DNA of 64,000 nt from a virus: IMG/VR virus record IMGVR_UViG_3300012156_000141, one strand, 5' to 3'. Below are positions 59,864 through 64,000 of this stretch, piece after piece. The position numbers were made by a program, and so were the translations under genes. The notes under the pieces were generated by a model. The model did not search any database. It saw only the letters and a list, made by a program, of their open reading frames with translations, and was not told the DNA's origin. The stretch's first letter is position 1. Each line of letters begins with the position of its first letter.

Positions 59864-60091
59864 ATGTATTCAGTAGAGAATAGCAGACAATTATTAATGC
59901 TTCTACAAGAATTGTATCAGCAAAAAGTCATTTCAAGAGAATCAAAAAATGACTTAGCGTTAGCAATAAAAAGGTCTTTTAAAACAAAAACCTTTATAGA
60001 AGTAGAACTGTTATGGAAAACAATACCCTGTTTAAGAGATGAAAAACAATATCTATTAGATGAAATAGATATAATATTAGGAGGAAAATAA
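59864..60091 (+). CDS. Hypothetical protein
   Basis: GGAGG RBS, TAATG coupling to the next gene. Confidence 0.65.
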   Translation: MYSVENSRQLLMLLQELYQQKVISRESKNDLALAIKRSFKTKTFIEVELLWKTIPCLRDEKQYLLDEIDIILGGK

Positions 60092-61362
60092 TGGACTTTT
60101 TAAAAGATGATTGGATGATAGAAGGTACCTCAATGGAGGACTTTGAAAATAAATTAAGAGATTTTGCAGATCAAACTCATGTAATGAAACGAAATATGGA
60201 TGATTTTCAGTTTTTAAATATCACTGATATTGGAACCGAACTTGCCGGCTTTCCATTAAATACTAGAAATTTATGGAAAAAGACAAAAGCTTCCTTATCC
60301 CTAAAGAAGTTTCCTATTGATGAATTGGTTTTGGAAACCAGATATAAGGAAGAGACAACAAAAGAAGCATTAAATAATGGCTTATTGGTGTTGTTTTCGA
60401 ATAAACGATTAACCTTAGCCACATCAGCAAATAGTTACGAAACTGGAAGATATATGCCGATTTCAGATAAGGCGATTAACACCATTGCAAACCGCATTAA
60501 ATTGGGAGGATATAATTTCTCAAATCCAGGCCTTGTAAGGGACTTGGCAATTGCTAACTACTTTTCAAAGCCAGCTCCGGTGTATACAGTTGAACGGAAT
60601 CACCCTGACTCTGGCTATACAAAAATTTTCGCAGTTATGAGTGAGAAATATATGCCAATTCCACAAACGACTCTTTTGGACATTGTTAAGACTGTCCTCA
60701 AGGAAGCAAAAAGCGATTTAGGTACAGGTGAATGCACTTATTGGTCAGTTGATCACTCGACAACAAAAATATATATTGATTTTCCAGAATGTGCAAAGCA
60801 GTTTGCTGATGACTATAAACTACCAGATGAAATTGTTCCCGGAATTATGTTGGAAACATCTGACATTGGTGATTGCTCATTACGAGTTAGAGGATATTTT
60901 CGGTTAGGTGGAAACTTAACTTATATGGAAAGCGAGTTTACCCAGATTCATTCGGGAGAGTTGAATTATAAGGAAATGCTCAATACAATCGTTAATCATA
61001 TTTTTCCAGAATACCGTGTGTACCCGGAGAGGCTAGCTAATCTTATGCTTATTGACTTAGTGGATGCATCCATGTCAAAAGCTCAAAAACATAAGACAAT
61101 GTCTTCTTTATATAGGGACATTTCCAAAAAGATTGGATTAGTAAAAGCAATCGGCAAAAAGCGAGAAAAAGCACTTATTGACCAGCTGATTCAGGGTATT
61201 AACTCTGATCTGGATTATACGGCTTATGACGTTGCGGAAACCTTTTTAACATTGTCAAGTACAATTATTATTGAAAACAAGTCTGTAGTCGACTCTGTAT
61301 CGAAGGTGGTACGGAATGTCCTTAATTATGAATTCGAAGAAGAATCCATTTTAATTGCATAA
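60091..61362 (+). CDS. DUF932-like phage/plasmid protein
   Basis: IFAVMSEKYMPI, PGIMLETSDIG..SLRV, QIHSG. Family recalled from memory. Confidence 0.55.
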   Translation: MDFLKDDWMIEGTSMEDFENKLRDFADQTHVMKRNMDDFQFLNITDIGTELAGFPLNTRNLWKKTKASLSLKKFPIDELVLETRYKEETTKEALNNGLLVLFSNKRLTLATSANSYETGRYMPISDKAINTIANRIKLGGYNFSNPGLVRDLAIANYFSKPAPVYTVERNHPDSGYTKIFAVMSEKYMPIPQTTLLDIVKTVLKEAKSDLGTGECTYWSVDHSTTKIYIDFPECAKQFADDYKLPDEIVPGIMLETSDIGDCSLRVRGYFRLGGNLTYMESEFTQIHSGELNYKEMLNTIVNHIFPEYRVYPERLANLMLIDLVDASMSKAQKHKTMSSLYRDISKKIGLVKAIGKKREKALIDQLIQGINSDLDYTAYDVAETFLTLSSTIIIENKSVVDSVSKVVRNVLNYEFEEESILIA

Positions 61363-61435
61363 TTAAGAGTTATTGAAAGAAAAAAGAACACATCTTACTT
61401 GTGTATATAAAAATAATAAATAGAAGGAGATATTT

Positions 61436-62074
61436 ATGAGATTAAATATTGCAAAAGTTGATGACAACAGAAGAATTGTTTTAGGTACTGTTAAATCAGT
61501 AAAGGTTGGAAAAGATGGAGAGGTTGTAAATGTACAGCTTGAAGGAACCGTTTGGGATAAAGATGACCAGGTTGAAAAGACGGAAACTATTGATATTGCG
61601 TTCTGGAACAATGATGAAATTAAGAACGCAGACAGAGTTGTTGCTGCAAAAGTAAGCGAAGGTTCTGTTATTTCTGTTTTGATTCATGAAAAGGATGGCA
61701 AGGTCTCCGGTAATAATTTTAAGTACAAAGGGCACTGGGTTATTCCTGCAAGAGGTGAACAGAAGGAACGCAACATTTTCCATGGTGTAGTGGCTTCTAT
61801 GACTCCTGATAAAGAGGGCCGCTATGTAAGAGTATCTATGCCGGTTGATGGAAAAAATGACGAGGAACCAACTTGGCATTCCATGACGTTCTGGAATAAT
61901 GAAAAATCTAATGTCGCAGACAGAGCTAAAAAATGTCTGGGCAAGAGAACTGTTAAGAATAGTGAAGGCGAAGATGTTGAAAAAAGTGCAAGAGCTTTGA
62001 TTATTTGTGGCGAGAATCGTCCTTACAATGGAACAGCCCAGTACAGCGCCTATGATTTTGTTTTACTTAGCTAA
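61436..62074 (+). CDS. Third tandem-OB-fold protein (SSB-like)
   Basis: Internal repeat IDIAFWNN..ADRV / HSMTFWNN..ADRA. Confidence 0.55.
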   Translation: MRLNIAKVDDNRRIVLGTVKSVKVGKDGEVVNVQLEGTVWDKDDQVEKTETIDIAFWNNDEIKNADRVVAAKVSEGSVISVLIHEKDGKVSGNNFKYKGHWVIPARGEQKERNIFHGVVASMTPDKEGRYVRVSMPVDGKNDEEPTWHSMTFWNNEKSNVADRAKKCLGKRTVKNSEGEDVEKSARALIICGENRPYNGTAQYSAYDFVLLS

Positions 62075-62164
62075 ACTTTAAACCCACTTTTGTGGGTTTT
62101 TTATTATATGCTAAAAAAACTTACATTATATTTATATAGAAAATAAAAAAGGAGAAATAAAAAT

Positions 62165-62893
62165 ATGACATTAATGCTAAAGAGCGATGTTATTGGTAAG
62201 GAATTTGAAGTTGATACTTATGAAGCTGGCTCTGGTAAATTAGGAATTAAAGATGATTGTCTATACAATATTCTTGTTAATGAAATGCCAAGCGAATTAG
62301 AAATCAATCATGATATTGTTGCAATTACAGCAACTGCTGATTATTGTGCGGTAAGATGTACGATTACTGATATTAATGGGCGTAAAGTGCAAGCATTCAA
62401 TGATGTGAGTCTTGGCCATCTGGAAAAAAATGATGATTTCGTTAAACAACATCCACTAACACAGGCGGTTCAATCAGCAGTAGCGGCAGCGGTTAAACGG
62501 TACTTGGGTTGGCCAAGACTATTAACAAGTGACGGTTCTGATTCAACAACTGTAATCGCTTATGATGAAAGTGAGACTAAGAAAACTGAAACAGAAACTG
62601 TAGCAGAAAATACAGAAGTAACTGAAACATCAGAAGCTCAGACAGGTGCAGAGGCAGATGTTAAACCGGAAGCTAAGAATAAAGCCCAAGAAGTTGCTCA
62701 GGAAATTGAATCTAAAGAATTAGATGATTACTCCACTGAAGAACTTGGTGCTATGGTGATTACGTCTGGCACACATAAGGATAAAGCCATTGCAGAAGTG
62801 TGGGAGAGTCAACCTTCATGGTTTGACTTTATTCAGAAATACAGTTCTGAAAAGTACAAATATGCAAAGGAATATGCAAAAAGAAAATCTTAA
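62165..62893 (+). CDS. Hypothetical protein with a C-terminal G.H.DK.I.EV...P.WF domain
   Basis: AAGGAG RBS, E/T-rich linker, followed by a hairpin at 62903-62923. Confidence 0.7.
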   Translation: MTLMLKSDVIGKEFEVDTYEAGSGKLGIKDDCLYNILVNEMPSELEINHDIVAITATADYCAVRCTITDINGRKVQAFNDVSLGHLEKNDDFVKQHPLTQAVQSAVAAAVKRYLGWPRLLTSDGSDSTTVIAYDESETKKTETETVAENTEVTETSEAQTGAEADVKPEAKNKAQEVAQEIESKELDDYSTEELGAMVITSGTHKDKAIAEVWESQPSWFDFIQKYSSEKYKYAKEYAKRKS

Positions 62894-62934
62894 AGGAGGG
62901 AAGAGAGTGAGGAAACTCACTCTCTGTTAAATAT

Positions 62935-63852
62935 ATGGCTGATAAAAAATGGAAAGACCATTCCTTATCAAAAAAAAACCTTGAGATGATAGATAAGGAA
63001 GGATTTATCGTCTTTTATGATTTGGAGACTACTGGGTTTAGTAGCAAGAATGATAGAATCATACAGTTCTCAGCAATTCGCTGCAGGTTAAAAGACTTGG
63101 AAGAAGTTGAAAAACTTAATTTATTTATTAAATGTCCATTCAGTGTTCCAACAAAAATTACAGCAATTAATCACATTGATGATGCATTGTTAGAAGAAAA
63201 AGGAGTCGAAGAACACATTGCGTTTGAAAAAATAAATAATTTCATAGTGCCCGGTGATATCATTTCGGGTTATAACAATGAGTCATTTGATGACAAGTTT
63301 CTTACTGCTTTGTATAATACATATAGACAAACATTAGATATCAATAAAAATATCGACGTTTATAAGTATGCGAAGACTGTCATTGATCCAGAAAAGTTAA
63401 TGATCAAAGATGAGAAAACCGGAAAAATGAAACCAAGTTACAAATTAATAAATGTGGTGAATCATTATGATCCGGAAAATACATATAAATTTCATGATGC
63501 TTCAGATGACATTGCGGCAACAAAGTTTGTTTTCAGAAAATTATTGGAAGATAGCAAGAAACATATTGCAGAAGCTAAAGAGGAAGAGGAACAAAGAAAA
63601 TCTATTCCGAGACAAAAAGTAAAAGTTTCTTCACTTGGTTTTTACTCACCAAGTCAGAATATTCAAAGGGTTTATGTTAATACCGATCAAGGAAAGTACT
63701 ATTATGATCATGTAAAACACTTATGGAATACGAAAAGCGGAAATCTGGATTCCATAGATGCTGAAGATATGAAAAATCAAGCATTTTCAATGATTGGAGT
63801 AACGAATGAGGGTGATTTTTATAAAGAAATGAGAAAAATTAAGTTTGCCTAG
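62935..63852 (+). CDS. DEDDh 3'-5' exonuclease (DnaQ/epsilon-like)
   Basis: YDLETTG, GYNNESFD, HDASDD. Confidence 0.9.
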   Translation: MADKKWKDHSLSKKNLEMIDKEGFIVFYDLETTGFSSKNDRIIQFSAIRCRLKDLEEVEKLNLFIKCPFSVPTKITAINHIDDALLEEKGVEEHIAFEKINNFIVPGDIISGYNNESFDDKFLTALYNTYRQTLDINKNIDVYKYAKTVIDPEKLMIKDEKTGKMKPSYKLINVVNHYDPENTYKFHDASDDIAATKFVFRKLLEDSKKHIAEAKEEEEQRKSIPRQKVKVSSLGFYSPSQNIQRVYVNTDQGKYYYDHVKHLWNTKSGNLDSIDAEDMKNQAFSMIGVTNEGDFYKEMRKIKFA

Positions 63853-63984
63853 CTAAATTAGAAAGAGCCTATTAGGTTCTTTTTTTGCTTTACTATACTA
63901 TATGACCTGTTCATTGTTTTGAAATTAACATTAGGGATTTACTCACATAATATTTTTATAAAAATAACAGATGGAGGATTACAT

Positions 63985-64000
63985 ATGTATTACAAGATTT
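63985..64000 (+). CDS. Start of another copy of the ankyrin gene, truncated by the window end
   Basis: 63969-64000 is identical over 32 nt to 39027-39058 (RBS plus MYYKI). Confidence 0.75.

Noticed and set aside
1-64000. Prophage interpretation
   Set aside because: No terminase, portal, capsid, tail or integrase was recognised. The lysozyme-like domain belongs to the T4SS hydrolase. A phage-plasmid cannot be excluded from this window alone.

Overview
AT-rich 64 kb segment of what looks like a large conjugative extrachromosomal element (megaplasmid-like, or an ICE whose integrase lies outside the window) from a monoderm Clostridia host. Lachnospiraceae is suggested by the cell-wall-binding repeats and the class B sortase. 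No rRNA, tRNA, CRISPR array, integrase or virion genes were recognised. Modules from left to right: (1) MoxR-type AAA plus vWA pair, two guanylate-kinase-like enzymes (one fused to a 5'(3')-deoxyribonucleotidase) and a phage-type gene pair; (2) ABC permease/ATPase, PspA and an SBP-OmpA fusion; (3) a Gram-positive-type T4SS (VirD4, three VirB2-like pilins, VirB6, PrgI, VirB4, lysozyme-NlpC/P60 hydrolase) with a MOB_V relaxase, sortase B and sorted adhesins; (4) a coupled four-gene operon of PLP enzyme, radical SAM, NadE and a J-domain/NMNAT/PRTase-like fusion split by an A10 frameshift; (5) TerD-domain protein, Hsp20 and a SigB/F/G-like sigma factor; (6) a replication block with DnaE, a DnaQ-like exonuclease, three tandem-OB SSB-like proteins and a DUF932-like protein. 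The main non-coding signal is a CATnnTA motif upstream of more than 20 transcription units. The sigma-factor operon instead has a perfect TTGACA-N17-TATAAT promoter, which suggests an element-specific sigma regulon. There are also three IS200/IS605-type omegaRNA-like relics, one TGT...ACA MITE and three copies of an ankyrin gene. All product calls come from motifs read by eye; no database search was run.
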